Shown in pieces: positions 28,963-38,192 of a stretch of DNA of 64,000 nucleotides; position 1 is the first letter of the stretch; the number at the start of each line of letters is the position of its first letter. The translations under genes and the position numbers were made by a program. The stretch comes from a virus (Duplodnaviria > Heunggongvirae > Uroviricota > Caudoviricetes). The notes below the pieces were generated by a model, which did not search any database, was not told where the DNA came from, and saw nothing but the letters and a program-made list of their open reading frames with translations. The stretch spans positions 64,001 through 128,000 of IMG/VR virus record IMGVR_UViG_3300044675_001501; one strand, 5' to 3'.

Positions 28963-29241
28963 TCAGGTGGACTTCTTAGTAGTAGTCTTCGTAGTATCTT
29001 GGGGGATTTGACTCACGAAACCATTTAGTTGTTGCGCTTTGGCAATAATATCGGCTTCGTTTGGATAGGTCGGAAATCCAGGATGTTCTGGAGGAACCGA
29101 ACCTGCGTGACGAGCATTTTCTACTTTGACTTGCCAGTCGTTAGAAACCTGCTCACGCTTACCATAGTAATCTTCGGTAAGCATTTCTTTCGCCATTTTT
29201 AATAGTTCAAGGCGAATCTCGAACGGACTCATGTTTGACAT
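28963..29241 (-). CDS. Hypothetical protein
   Basis: MSNMSPFEIRLELLKMAKEML; SD AGGAG; CTAAATA late-type box at 29310-29316. Confidence 0.7.
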   Translation of the reverse strand: MSNMSPFEIRLELLKMAKEMLTEDYYGKREQVSNDWQVKVENARHAGSVPPEHPGFPTYPNEADIIAKAQQLNGFVSQIPQDTTKTTTKKST

Positions 29242-29312
29242 AGTTTTCTCCTGTGTTTGTGTTTGTGTTATGAGAGTTTTGTTGGGACTCACAACCCACT
29301 GTGTAATATTAT

Positions 29313-29837
29313 TTAGGGTTTTATAAAGTTCATTTTTATATTATTTTGATCTTTTATAAAAGCCCAATTCTTGCGCCATTCAATAATTTGTCTCGCTTTG
29401 CGTTTATCGCTGGCAGTAGAAGGAACATACTGCCATGTAATACTATCTATCACTTCCTCAAAATAAGAATCGCATCCATATATATCGATCTCAGTAGCAC
29501 CAAGCTCAATTAACTGAAGAGCAGCAACATGCCCAGTGCTGTAAAATTCTTTTGGTGTATCTACTATTGCTCCAAGAAGATTCTTACTTATTAGATAGTC
29601 GGTCAATTTAATACCATCTTTTCTAAAACCCTTCAGAACATTCCAACAAATATCAGAAAGAAAAACTTGACAGCTTGGTAGTTCATTTGTCGCATAATAT
29701 CTTGCAACGGAAACATCAATCATAGTTAGCCCATCAACATCACACCATGGTATATTACATCCCATCACATAATTATAACCTTCTTTGCCGTTAAAAGCAA
29801 ATCTACTTGGTCCATTACATAAAAGCGCAGCCTTCAT
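29313..29837 (-). CDS. Hypothetical protein, Rossmann-like (DUF115/sialyltransferase-like motifs)
   Basis: ALLCNGPS..MGCN..IDIYGCD; family assignment weak. Confidence 0.5.
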   Translation of the reverse strand: MKAALLCNGPSRFAFNGKEGYNYVMGCNIPWCDVDGLTMIDVSVARYYATNELPSCQVFLSDICWNVLKGFRKDGIKLTDYLISKNLLGAIVDTPKEFYSTGHVAALQLIELGATEIDIYGCDSYFEEVIDSITWQYVPSTASDKRKARQIIEWRKNWAFIKDQNNIKMNFIKP

Positions 29838-30388
29838 CTTTGCTTTAACATCAATATGTTTTTGTGTTCAATTGTTGCTTTACCATGTCCATTGCCGTAA
29901 ACATACATCAGCGTGAACACATCAGAATATTTACTTGCTTTTTCTGCCCACCAACTTAACGACTTCAGTGTAACATGAGCATTTCTACCGTCTGGTAAAA
30001 TAGAACTAGCAGGAACATTGCATATACCAAGATATACAAACTTGTTAGCCTTTGAATATATCTCAGCGAGAACCGCATCTACATCTTCTTCTTCAATGTG
30101 CTCAAGAACATCAGTACAAATTACTGCGTCGAATTTTCCATCTGGGAGTTTAGAATACTGCTCAACTGCTGGGTCATATAAAGCAGGTAGTATTCCTAGG
30201 AAGTGCGTTTCGTGAATCTTCTCTTTGAAGTATTGAATACCTTTACCGCAACCATAATCAAGTATAGATTTACAATCAAGTTCAACTAAGAACTGTTGGA
30301 TAAAGTCTTTGTGGATTCTAGTTGAAGAGCCAGCATATAGACTTTCATCTTTATGCATTTCTTTATATTGATCAACTAAGTTAGACAT
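29834..30388 (-). CDS. Class I SAM-dependent methyltransferase
   Basis: ILDYGCGKG..FDAVICTDVLEHI; start trimmed to MSNLVDQY because the track extension overlaps the tmRNA. Confidence 0.85.
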   Translation of the reverse strand: MSNLVDQYKEMHKDESLYAGSSTRIHKDFIQQFLVELDCKSILDYGCGKGIQYFKEKIHETHFLGILPALYDPAVEQYSKLPDGKFDAVICTDVLEHIEEEDVDAVLAEIYSKANKFVYLGICNVPASSILPDGRNAHVTLKSLSWWAEKASKYSDVFTLMYVYGNGHGKATIEHKNILMLKQR

Positions 30389-30399
30389 AATGCTCCAAA

Positions 30400-30725
30400 A
30401 TAAAATGCCGACTGATTGGGTGATAAGGACAGTCGGCGAAACCTCATCTTGCTTTAAGCAGCAAGAGCGTAAACTTCTTCGTTTGCGTTTACTTTTATTT
30501 GCTTGATTTACGGTCATCGCCTACCGTGTTGCCGTCTCTACTATCTCACGCTGTCGAAACCTAGTCACCCCCATCAGAAGTGTCCTGCTGTTCACAGGTC
30601 GGGAATTCCAATCCTCAGAGTCTTGTTAAACTCTTACATATCACCCTAAACAACACTTCTGGTGGAGGTGGAGGGAATCGAACCCTCGTCCAACATGCCT
30701 TCGTTTTGAAGGGATTACAACAATT
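30400..30725 (-). ncRNA. ssrA: tmRNA, circularly permuted (two-piece) gene
   Basis: The acceptor piece (GAGGG-TTCGATT-CCCTC-CACCTCC-A-CCA, 3' end 30660) precedes the coding piece (starts GGGGGTGAC..TTCGAC at 30572); G3.U70 and A73 present; tag ANEEVYALAA* at 30486-30454. Confidence 0.9.
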
Positions 30726-30842
30726 CTAAAAATCTGAATTCTTTTTATCTTCTTCGAAATTGCTCCAGTCATATGTTACCAGTTTATACACCCAGTAAGA
30801 ATGCAGAACAATTAACAGTAGAAAAAGAATTAGATTACTCAT
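30726..30842 (-). CDS. Small membrane protein (38 aa)
   Basis: MSNLILFLLLIVLHSYWVYKL..; ATG abuts the ahpD stop. Confidence 0.5.
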   Translation of the reverse strand: MSNLILFLLLIVLHSYWVYKLVTYDWSNFEEDKKNSDF

Positions 30843-31358
30843 TTAACTATTTAGCACCTTGGCGACACTATTCATTACTGCGGCAATGCGACCAATGTCA
30901 CGAAGTTGTTCAACAGTATAACCTTCTTTCTTCAAAGTTTCATAATGCGCCTTGACACAAAAATGACACTTACCAACAATAGAAGCTGCAAGACTATACG
31001 CTTCAAACCTATCTTTAGTTGTACCACCATGTGAAGCGATAGCATTCATACGCAACTGTGCTGGTAGTCCTTTTAGATTTTCATCCTCAGCCATTTCAAT
31101 ATATGGATACCATACATTGTTTTGCGCCATAATCGCAGCAGCAGTAAGAGCTGACGTAAACTCTGCGCCAGTATTATGCATATCAGTTTGGATGAAAGAA
31201 ACAAGTTTACCGTTTCCAGTCATCATAGCAGCTGCTAGAGCACAACCCATAGCAACATCACCAGAAAGTGAACTTCTAGTAATGACTGCATCGAGATTAA
31301 GTTTTGTATCTTTTGCATAGTCTGGCAATGCCTCCTTAATTTGTTCTACCCAACTCAT
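30843..31358 (-). CDS. ahpD: Alkyl hydroperoxide reductase D
   Basis: LPDYAKDTKLNL..LAASIVGKCHFCVKAH (CxxC). Confidence 0.9.
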   Translation of the reverse strand: MSWVEQIKEALPDYAKDTKLNLDAVITRSSLSGDVAMGCALAAAMMTGNGKLVSFIQTDMHNTGAEFTSALTAAAIMAQNNVWYPYIEMAEDENLKGLPAQLRMNAIASHGGTTKDRFEAYSLAASIVGKCHFCVKAHYETLKKEGYTVEQLRDIGRIAAVMNSVAKVLNS

Positions 31359-31891
31359 AGCGTATCACCACCAACGGTACGGTTACATGCGCAAAGTTCG
31401 CCTGTCTGTAACGCATCTAGAACACGGAGTGTTTCCTCTGGTGAACGACCAACATTTAAGTTGTTAACAGTAACGTGCTGAATGACATTATCTGGATCAA
31501 CGATGAATGTAGCACGTAATGCTGCACCTGCTGGCGCATAGAAAACGCCAAGTTGATCGATCAACGACTTGTCCCACTCACGACTGGTGTCTGCGAATTG
31601 AATATGCTTGATCTTTGATAGATCTTCATGATGTTTCTGCCAAGCAAGTTTACAGAATTCGTTATCAGTGCTACCAGTTAGCAGAACTGCATCGCGATCA
31701 GCAAAGTCTTGGAAGAGTTTGTCATATGCTACGATTTCAGTAGGACATACGAATGTGAAGTCTTTAGGATAGTAAACAATTACTTTCCACTTACCTTCAA
31801 AAGATTTCTCAGTAATGTCGAAGAACTTATCGCTTCCTGGGTTAATCCCAGTTACGACGAACGACTCAATTTTATCACCTACGGTTTTCAT
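31355..31891 (-). CDS. ahpC: Peroxiredoxin AhpC
   Basis: YYPKDFTFVCPTEI..ALRATFIVDP..GELC. Confidence 0.95.
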   Translation of the reverse strand: MKTVGDKIESFVVTGINPGSDKFFDITEKSFEGKWKVIVYYPKDFTFVCPTEIVAYDKLFQDFADRDAVLLTGSTDNEFCKLAWQKHHEDLSKIKHIQFADTSREWDKSLIDQLGVFYAPAGAALRATFIVDPDNVIQHVTVNNLNVGRSPEETLRVLDALQTGELCACNRTVGGDTL

Positions 31892-32017
31892 GGTTTCTCC
31901 TTAGTCAAAAACAAATGGTGGTCAACTTCGACCACCGCATAAAATACTTATACATTAATACTATAAATGATAGGAGAAATTCCTATATTATTTTTTAATG
32001 AGGGTTATTAGTATAAC

Positions 32018-32323
32018 TTAATCGTACTTGAAAATCAACTTTGCATCTTCACCAATAGCAAGAACACAAGAAAGGTTTTGATTTATTGATGTTTGAATAA
32101 CTGTAACAGTTCTTGCGTCTTTGTTATGCCAAACAGAGATAACCATATTAGAATTATCAGGCATGACTGATTTTATAACTGGTGTTTCTCCATATTTGTT
32201 TTCAAGTTGCTCAAATGTGTATTTTGTGTCAGCGCAAGCATGTTGCAACCAAACACCAGTTGGAGTTTCTTGAGCAAATACTGTTATTGGTAGGAACAGT
32301 AATACCTTTAGTAGTTTTTCCAT
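32018..32323 (-). CDS. Hypothetical exported protein
   Basis: Signal peptide ending VFA-Q. Confidence 0.6.
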   Translation of the reverse strand: MEKLLKVLLFLPITVFAQETPTGVWLQHACADTKYTFEQLENKYGETPVIKSVMPDNSNMVISVWHNKDARTVTVIQTSINQNLSCVLAIGEDAKLIFKYD

Positions 32324-32961
32324 TTTCTGAAATCCTCTCTAAGAGATTTAAAGCCATCGATCCAGGCATCTCTTTTTTCTTTGAAGACGAGAGGATCGTT
32401 ATCATCTACTGCCATGATAACTACTAATCTTGGAACTGGTATACCAGTCAGTTCCTCAAACGCAACTGCGTACGCAGAGCATTGCATAAAGTATCCGTGA
32501 ATATCATCTCTAGTCTTAACTCTAGAAGATGTTTTAAAATCTATTACTGACAACTTACCTTCATACTCTGCTATGCAATCTACAGTTCCAGCAACCTGTA
32601 GATGGTCAGAATATAATGGTGTTTCTAGTGCGTGTATATTGTCTATGCGACCCAACAGTGGTTTGATCTTTTTCCAGTTGTCGAGATCAAACATATCTGG
32701 TACGACCTCCTCATTGAGCAGAAACTTCTCGCATAAACTATGCACTCTAGTTCCTCTGTTTGCTGCTCTTTTTGAGATTCGGTTTGCTTCTTGGTCGCCG
32801 ACTCTTTTTCTCCAAGCCACGATCGCATCGATGCTAAGCAATCCTGTAATCGTTGTGACGCTTGGATAGGAGAGACCCGACGGTGTTGAGTAAACTCTTG
32901 ATCCATCGGGTCCAGTCTTACGTTCAAGTTTTGGAATATCATGGCGAATATGTGTAAACAA
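32308..32961 (-). CDS. PD-(D/E)xK exonuclease (Cas4/RecB-like)
   Basis: YPSVTTI..RGTRVH..AGTVDCI..IDFKTS..QCSAYA. Confidence 0.85.
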   Translation of the reverse strand: MFTHIRHDIPKLERKTGPDGSRVYSTPSGLSYPSVTTITGLLSIDAIVAWRKRVGDQEANRISKRAANRGTRVHSLCEKFLLNEEVVPDMFDLDNWKKIKPLLGRIDNIHALETPLYSDHLQVAGTVDCIAEYEGKLSVIDFKTSSRVKTRDDIHGYFMQCSAYAVAFEELTGIPVPRLVVIMAVDDNDPLVFKEKRDAWIDGFKSLREDFRKWKNY

Positions 32962-32962
32962 T

Positions 32963-33082
32963 TTATTCCTTTGGTCTCACAATAGACAATACTTTATCTC
33001 TAATAATTTTAGCCCATGCTGGCTCTGGAAAGTGCCAGCCAATAATTGCTCCAACTAATAATAAGAAAATAGTTTCTAACAT
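32963..33082 (-). CDS. Small membrane protein (39 aa)
   Basis: MLETIFLLLVGAIIGWHFPEPAW; SD AGGAG. Confidence 0.5.
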   Translation of the reverse strand: MLETIFLLLVGAIIGWHFPEPAWAKIIRDKVLSIVRPKE

Positions 33083-33091
33083 TTTTATCTC

Positions 33092-33865
33092 CTACGTTGT
33101 TGTTAGATCTTCATATTTTAGTTTAGCCAAAATGTATTCCTTAACCAATGAACTTCTTACGATGTCATCTGGCGTAAATTCAATTCTGGTAAATGAACTC
33201 ATGTGCATGGCGATGTCGAAGAACTTTAAGATACCAGTCATATCGTTCTTCTTTTTATTTAGGTCTGTCTGACGATAGTCTCCACACCAGATAATTTTAG
33301 AGCGATAACCTACACGTGTCATAACTGTATCAATCTCTTCATAGGTAAGGTTCTGCATTTCATCAACAATAATGATAGCATCATCAAATGACATACCACG
33401 AATGAATGATGTGCTGATAAACTCAATATGGTGTTGCTCTTCTAGTCTGTCCCATGCGTCTCTTCTGCCAAATAAAGTTTCGCAGATTTGACGATATGGT
33501 TGCTGATAGATTTCCATCTTCTCGTCAACATCTCCAGGTAGATGACCAATCTCTCTTCCTTGTACTGCTGAGCGAACAACAATAATTTTATTAAAGGGAT
33601 TGGATTTATCGAGGACTTCTTCTATCGCTTTATAGAGAGCGCAGAAAGTTTTACCTGTTCCCGCTACTCCGTGTAATGCAATAAAGTAATCACCTCTTCT
33701 GTATGCATCAAAAAACTTTTTCTGATTATCCGTTAGTGGATCAAAAGTTCTTAGTTGATCAATATGAATTCGTAAGGAATTAGTTTGATGGAGACCATTT
33801 CGTTTTCCTTTTTCAATGGGGATAATATCGTCTGAGTGCTGTTGAGCTGGTGCTCTCTTCGCCAT
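33092..33865 (-). CDS. phoH: PhoH-like ATPase
   Basis: HGVAGTGKT..RSAV..GHLPG..FIRGMSF..DEMQN..GDYRQTD. Confidence 0.93.
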   Translation of the reverse strand: MAKRAPAQQHSDDIIPIEKGKRNGLHQTNSLRIHIDQLRTFDPLTDNQKKFFDAYRRGDYFIALHGVAGTGKTFCALYKAIEEVLDKSNPFNKIIVVRSAVQGREIGHLPGDVDEKMEIYQQPYRQICETLFGRRDAWDRLEEQHHIEFISTSFIRGMSFDDAIIIVDEMQNLTYEEIDTVMTRVGYRSKIIWCGDYRQTDLNKKKNDMTGILKFFDIAMHMSSFTRIEFTPDDIVRSSLVKEYILAKLKYEDLTTT

Positions 33866-33884
33866 TGATTGCTCCTTTTTGTTG

Positions 33885-34118
33885 TTATAGATCTAATTTA
33901 CTCCCTGGAGTTCTACTGTGAATTTTCTGCAATACCTCCTTGAATCCATTATCAACTTTACGCACTCCTGCTCGGACTGGGTCCATCATCATGGGTGCGC
34001 CAGAGATAATCGTTTCTAGATTTGGATTTTCCTTCAGGAATTGTTCACGGGATGCAATAGTCATGAACTGGTCGAAGGTTTCACCAGTTTCTTTATTTCG
34101 AAAAGTGTAAGTTGGCAT
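33885..34118 (-). CDS. FmdB-like small regulatory protein
   Basis: MPTYTFRNKETGETFDQFM. Confidence 0.6.
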   Translation of the reverse strand: MPTYTFRNKETGETFDQFMTIASREQFLKENPNLETIISGAPMMMDPVRAGVRKVDNGFKEVLQKIHSRTPGSKLDL

Positions 34119-34756
34119 TAAGGATTCATCAGCATAGTTGACATAGACACAATACGGTTACGCTTTGAGTCATTCAAAATGTAACACGCTTCATTAAAAC
34201 TATTTAGAGCATTTGAGAACCAATCTGGCATCGGACGATTAGTCCATTTCGCGAATGGTCTTTTCTTCTCAATATAGTATTTATGGTAAGACGCTATTGA
34301 GTCGCCATTAATTTTACAGTCATCAGGCATAGCTGGTGTTGGTTCAGTAAATGGACCAATAGGCAAATTCCTAGGAAAGTTATTCTTAAGAGTTTGCATT
34401 AAGCCAGATTGCTCAACGCTGTGAACCTTACCATATCTATGAGTGTACTCAGCACAAGTCCACTCTAGAAGTTCAGCAAGCCACATATAGTTCTGAACAT
34501 TTGCTCGACACCAAATAGCAGAAGGATGCTTGATGTGCGATGCCTTGAATAATAGGGTCTCGAGATTTTGATCAGCTAATAGATATCTAGTGATTTTTCT
34601 ACCAGCGGCAGTCTTGTCTTCATAAATCTTTCCATCAAGAACTCGATGCGCAGTAGACAACAGCTGAGCATATTCCAAGATCATCTTAACAACATGCTTG
34701 TCAAGATGCATCTGGGCGCAAGTTTGAGGGTCACTGTCAAGATAAAAAATATTCAT
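34118..34756 (-). CDS. denV: Pyrimidine-dimer DNA glycosylase (DenV-like)
   Basis: MNIFYLD..HLDKHVVKMILEYAQLLSTAH..HPSAIW. Confidence 0.8.
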   Translation of the reverse strand: MNIFYLDSDPQTCAQMHLDKHVVKMILEYAQLLSTAHRVLDGKIYEDKTAAGRKITRYLLADQNLETLLFKASHIKHPSAIWCRANVQNYMWLAELLEWTCAEYTHRYGKVHSVEQSGLMQTLKNNFPRNLPIGPFTEPTPAMPDDCKINGDSIASYHKYYIEKKRPFAKWTNRPMPDWFSNALNSFNEACYILNDSKRNRIVSMSTMLMNP

Positions 34757-35253
34757 AATGATTTCATCGCATGTATTTGAAGAACAAGAGAGTTTAGTTG
34801 GTCAATAGTTCTGTTAATATATTTGTCTTCGTGAAGAATACCATGACCACCTGCCCTAGTGAAAGGTTCAGCGCAGTCAGGGCGATCATCAATTAGAATG
34901 CTCTCAGGTGTTGCGTAATTTGGCTTCTCAGAAAACATTCTAACGAAATTTGGTTTATAAGTTATACCATGCTTGTTCAACCAAAGTGTTTTCTGCCTAG
35001 CTGCCTCAGCACCCTGCATTGGATCATGAGTTCCGACTGAGGTCAAGATCTCAACATTAACAGGAAGCATTCGAACAGCTGCTAGAAGTTTAAGCGCATT
35101 TGGCATATAGTTCAAGTCTTCGAAGATTTTATATTCCATAACTGCTTTACGGAAAATCTTCTTATCATACTTGAGACCAGGATCTTTCAATGGCAAAAAC
35201 TTCTCTTCAAAATTGCAAAGAACACCGTCCATATCAAGATATAATGTAATCAT
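34753..35253 (-). CDS. HAD 5'(3')-deoxyribonucleotidase-like
   Basis: LYLDMDGVL..ILIDDR. Confidence 0.8.
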   Translation of the reverse strand: MITLYLDMDGVLCNFEEKFLPLKDPGLKYDKKIFRKAVMEYKIFEDLNYMPNALKLLAAVRMLPVNVEILTSVGTHDPMQGAEAARQKTLWLNKHGITYKPNFVRMFSEKPNYATPESILIDDRPDCAEPFTRAGGHGILHEDKYINRTIDQLNSLVLQIHAMKSL

Positions 35254-35669
35254 TTACGTTTCGCTTTCTCAGCAAGTTCTTTGTATCCAGCAAAAGTGGG
35301 GTGAACGCCATCAGGTGAAATCTTATCAACTGGTCGTTCTAAAACAATATCACCCCAAATCTTTGCTACGTCTTTTATGTCTTTAAATTTCTCAGGTTTA
35401 AGTTTCTCAGAAGGTAGTATCCAATATACTCTACCCTTAATATTCTCACGAATCAAGTTTGCGTATTTAACCGTGTCGATAGTTTTCGTATCGTTTGGAC
35501 CAATACTAATAATAGTGATTCCTGTTTGCTTTGGCTCACTTAACATCTTCTTATGCTTATTATAGAAGTCCCTGCTATTGATACCAGACTTAGCATAAGC
35601 TACGCATTCTTTCTTAACTTGTGATACACCAACAGCAATAGAATCACCCATAATAAGACAGTCAATCAT
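35250..35669 (-). CDS. SGNH/GDSL hydrolase-like
   Basis: MGDSIAVG..GPND..DGVHPTFAGY. Confidence 0.7.
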   Translation of the reverse strand: MIDCLIMGDSIAVGVSQVKKECVAYAKSGINSRDFYNKHKKMLSEPKQTGITIISIGPNDTKTIDTVKYANLIRENIKGRVYWILPSEKLKPEKFKDIKDVAKIWGDIVLERPVDKISPDGVHPTFAGYKELAEKAKRK

Positions 35670-35670
35670 A

Positions 35671-36048
35671 TTACCTCACAAATTTTGCGAAGTCTGGTGG
35701 TTGCCATCCTTCTGGTTTAAGAATTTTTCCATCTTCCCTACGAATAACTTTACCTGTCTCTTTATCAACTTTAGAAAGGTTAGACTTAGCACCTTCATCC
35801 CAAGCATGAGTTGGACTCCAGCCACGTGCGTACATATAACCAATGATTACCCAAATCATATCAAAGCAAGCATCTAGTTGCTCAGCGTCATCGCTGGCTG
35901 CTTCAGCTTCCCAGAACTCTGTTACTTCTTCTTTAATAAGTTTCTTATACAACTCAGCAAGATCAGAAACATTAGGATCTGGCTTGTTTGGATAGTCTTG
36001 TCCGCATGCTTTTAAAAAGACAGCAACATCTAAAAATGGATTACTCAT
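35671..36048 (-). CDS. MazG/PRA-PH-like NTP pyrophosphatase
   Basis: LIKEEVTEF..LDACFDMIWV..SNLSK..DGKILKPEGWQPP. Confidence 0.8.
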   Translation of the reverse strand: MSNPFLDVAVFLKACGQDYPNKPDPNVSDLAELYKKLIKEEVTEFWEAEAASDDAEQLDACFDMIWVIIGYMYARGWSPTHAWDEGAKSNLSKVDKETGKVIRREDGKILKPEGWQPPDFAKFVR

Positions 36049-36380
36049 TTGTTCCTCGAATAGTCATAGTAGTAAGTTGAGTGTTCTTCAGGCATGGTAA
36101 TGCTTGTTGTCGATCCCATATTGTCTGTATTGATAAAGAATGTGTCAGCAGTTGATCCCATACCATCATGACCATCGCCTGTAAATTCTTCTTCAGTAAC
36201 AAAATCTAGATGACCATCAAAGTGAAATCCTGCGCCTCTTAGAAATTCTTCGAATCGTTCTAGGACTTGAGTCAGGCTGAGTTCACCATTTATTTCCATC
36301 GTAATGGTTGATGGGGGAATTGATGTGTTCAACCCACTAAACCCTGTGTATTCTTGTTTGAATGTGTACTTAGTATTCAC
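36045..36380 (-). CDS. Hypothetical protein
   Basis: Probable GTG start MNTKYTF; F..FLRGAGF motif. Confidence 0.6.
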   Translation of the reverse strand: MNTKYTFKQEYTGFSGLNTSIPPSTITMEINGELSLTQVLERFEEFLRGAGFHFDGHLDFVTEEEFTGDGHDGMGSTADTFFINTDNMGSTTSITMPEEHSTYYYDYSRNK

Positions 36381-36807
36381 GCTTCTCTCCTTCTTTAGTA
36401 AAGAAAGTCTTAACCTTTTGCTCTTCGCTCCAAGATTTTGTGTAATCATTATCCTCATCGCAAATCTTAAGAGCTTCATCATATCCAACAACACGATGAC
36501 TCACGATAGTCTCGCCCAAGTGTTGCTGAGAAAACTCTTTGGCTTCCTCACACACAACAGTGTCCAGCGCCCACTCAGCTTTACCCTTTGGAACCTGAAC
36601 CATATAACGCTGACGGAATGCGCTAATACATTCAACAAGAACCCATTCTTTATTTGACTGAGTTAAAGTAAAACTACCATCACCGTTGTCTGACCATTCA
36701 AGATCATCACCAACTTTCCAGCCAGTCTCTTCTATCACCTCATCAGGCAACTCAATATATGCCTCACCATCATCGCGAACCTTAACATCTAATGTATACG
36801 ATTTCAT
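36370..36807 (-). CDS. AbrB/MazE-like domain protein
   Basis: LDVKVRDDGEAYIELPDEV..GWKVGDDLEW. Confidence 0.6.
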   Translation of the reverse strand: MKSYTLDVKVRDDGEAYIELPDEVIEETGWKVGDDLEWSDNGDGSFTLTQSNKEWVLVECISAFRQRYMVQVPKGKAEWALDTVVCEEAKEFSQQHLGETIVSHRVVGYDEALKICDEDNDYTKSWSEEQKVKTFFTKEGEKREY

Positions 36808-36998
36808 TTCACCCACTCCTCAGCAAATTGTTTAGCACTCTCAAGGGAATCGAACTCAGAATAAAAATGCGTACCAAAATCATTCTTCATGCTGACGAGA
36901 TATCTTTTCGTGTCAAGATTTAGAATGACAAGTGCGTCTTTCTTTTTATTTTCACTTTCAAAAATAGAAAGTGTTTTATATCCCTGTGTCATCACCAT
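36804..36998 (-). CDS. Hypothetical protein
   Basis: 64 aa, coupled to its neighbours. Confidence 0.55.
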   Translation of the reverse strand: MVMTQGYKTLSIFESENKKKDALVILNLDTKRYLVSMKNDFGTHFYSEFDSLESAKQFAEEWVK

Positions 36999-37225
36999 GC
37001 TCCATCATCAATAACTATTCTAAACCAAATCGGTCCAAAAGTCAAAAAGACAAAATGCATGTTAGGATCCATTTCAGTTGGACCAGAACACTGCAATCTA
37101 AATTCCCAGTGGTAAGGATTGAGAACCAACCCAATCCAAACCCCTGAGTATTTAAGGTAGCTCAACAACTTTTGCAAGGTATGGTTCCTCTTTGTCAGAT
37201 CCACGTTCGTAGTAAACATATCCAC
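36992..37225 (-). CDS. Hypothetical protein (start uncertain)
   Basis: Fills the gap after the phosphoesterase. Confidence 0.45.
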   Translation of the reverse strand: MDMFTTNVDLTKRNHTLQKLLSYLKYSGVWIGLVLNPYHWEFRLQCSGPTEMDPNMHFVFLTFGPIWFRIVIDDGAW

Positions 37226-38090
37226 GTGGATTGCAAACTACACGAGTGCTACCAATCATATAATCAAACAACTCATGCGTATGCCCATGAGTCCACAACT
37301 TGATCTGAGAATTATCAAGGATGAACTCATCAAGGTTTGATGAATAGCCACCATTCATCATATACTCTTCCTTATATCTTGGATGAGTAGATGCTTTGCT
37401 CGGCGCATGATGACCAACAACAACATACTTGTGAGTTGGATTATTGTCAATAACAGTCTTGATGTAGCCAACCATCTTCTTATGTTCTTCAACAGCATCA
37501 GCTGGAGAAAACTTAGCGACCTCTTCAACATGCTTCATACCGATCTCAACCATTGAGCGAATACCGTTACGTTCTTCCATAACGTAGTTACCCTCATCGT
37601 CTTTCTTATAGACTGGCACCTTGCGAGAAACTCTACGATTAGAATTCTGAACAATGCGGAAGTCATTCATCATTCCTGTCATAGAATGAAGTGTCAATGG
37701 ATCTTCCTTGTTCATGTCAGTCCACAGTGTTCCACCGATAAAGGTATAGTCTTCAATGGTAACACAATCTCTATCAAGAAAGTGAATACCATGATCCTTA
37801 CATTCTTTGCGAAGGATCTGGTGAGATACGGCAAAGTCTCCGTGATAATGCTCATGGTTGCCCATAACATAAACAACGTGCTTATAGTTTTGTTTGCAGT
37901 TTATAAAGAACTGACGGAAGAGATTACCCTTGGTATTATCCAAGAATCCATTAGGATCTTCTTGCAGTTTTTGTAAATCTTTGGCGACTAGAATGTCACC
38001 ACTAAGAATGAGAACATCTGCGTTCTCTGGATTTGACGGATACCAATCTCCGAACTCGAGATGGATATCACTTGTGATCGCGACTTTCAT
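37152..38090 (-). CDS. Calcineurin-like metallophosphoesterase
   Basis: SDIHLE..GD..GNHE..GHH..HGHTH..NPRGY. Confidence 0.88.
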   Translation of the reverse strand: MKVAITSDIHLEFGDWYPSNPENADVLILSGDILVAKDLQKLQEDPNGFLDNTKGNLFRQFFINCKQNYKHVVYVMGNHEHYHGDFAVSHQILRKECKDHGIHFLDRDCVTIEDYTFIGGTLWTDMNKEDPLTLHSMTGMMNDFRIVQNSNRRVSRKVPVYKKDDEGNYVMEERNGIRSMVEIGMKHVEEVAKFSPADAVEEHKKMVGYIKTVIDNNPTHKYVVVGHHAPSKASTHPRYKEEYMMNGGYSSNLDEFILDNSQIKLWTHGHTHELFDYMIGSTRVVCNPRGYVYYERGSDKEEPYLAKVVELP

Positions 38091-38110
38091 AACAACCCTT
38101 CATGCTAAAG

Positions 38111-38184
38111 TGGAGCGGAATATCAGAATCGAACTGATAACAACAGATTGGAAATCTGTAGTTTTACCATTAAACTAATCCCGC
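38111..38184 (-). tRNA. tRNA-Gly(TCC), solitary
   Basis: GCGGGAT/ATTCCGC acceptor stem, ACAGA-TTTCCAA-TCTGT, TTCGATT T-loop, encoded CCA. Confidence 0.9.
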
Positions 38185-38192
38185 ATATCTAT

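Noticed and set aside
29250-29275. CAAACA short repeats upstream of an RBS
   Set aside because: Only 2-3 units; consistent with an unstructured A/C-rich translation enhancer.
30389-30517. N-terminal extension of the methyltransferase ORF
   Set aside because: It overlaps the tmRNA tag region; the real start is most likely ATG 30388.
32308-32961. Cas4-like nuclease as a sign of CRISPR
   Set aside because: No repeat-spacer array or other cas gene is seen; this exonuclease is common in T4-like phages.
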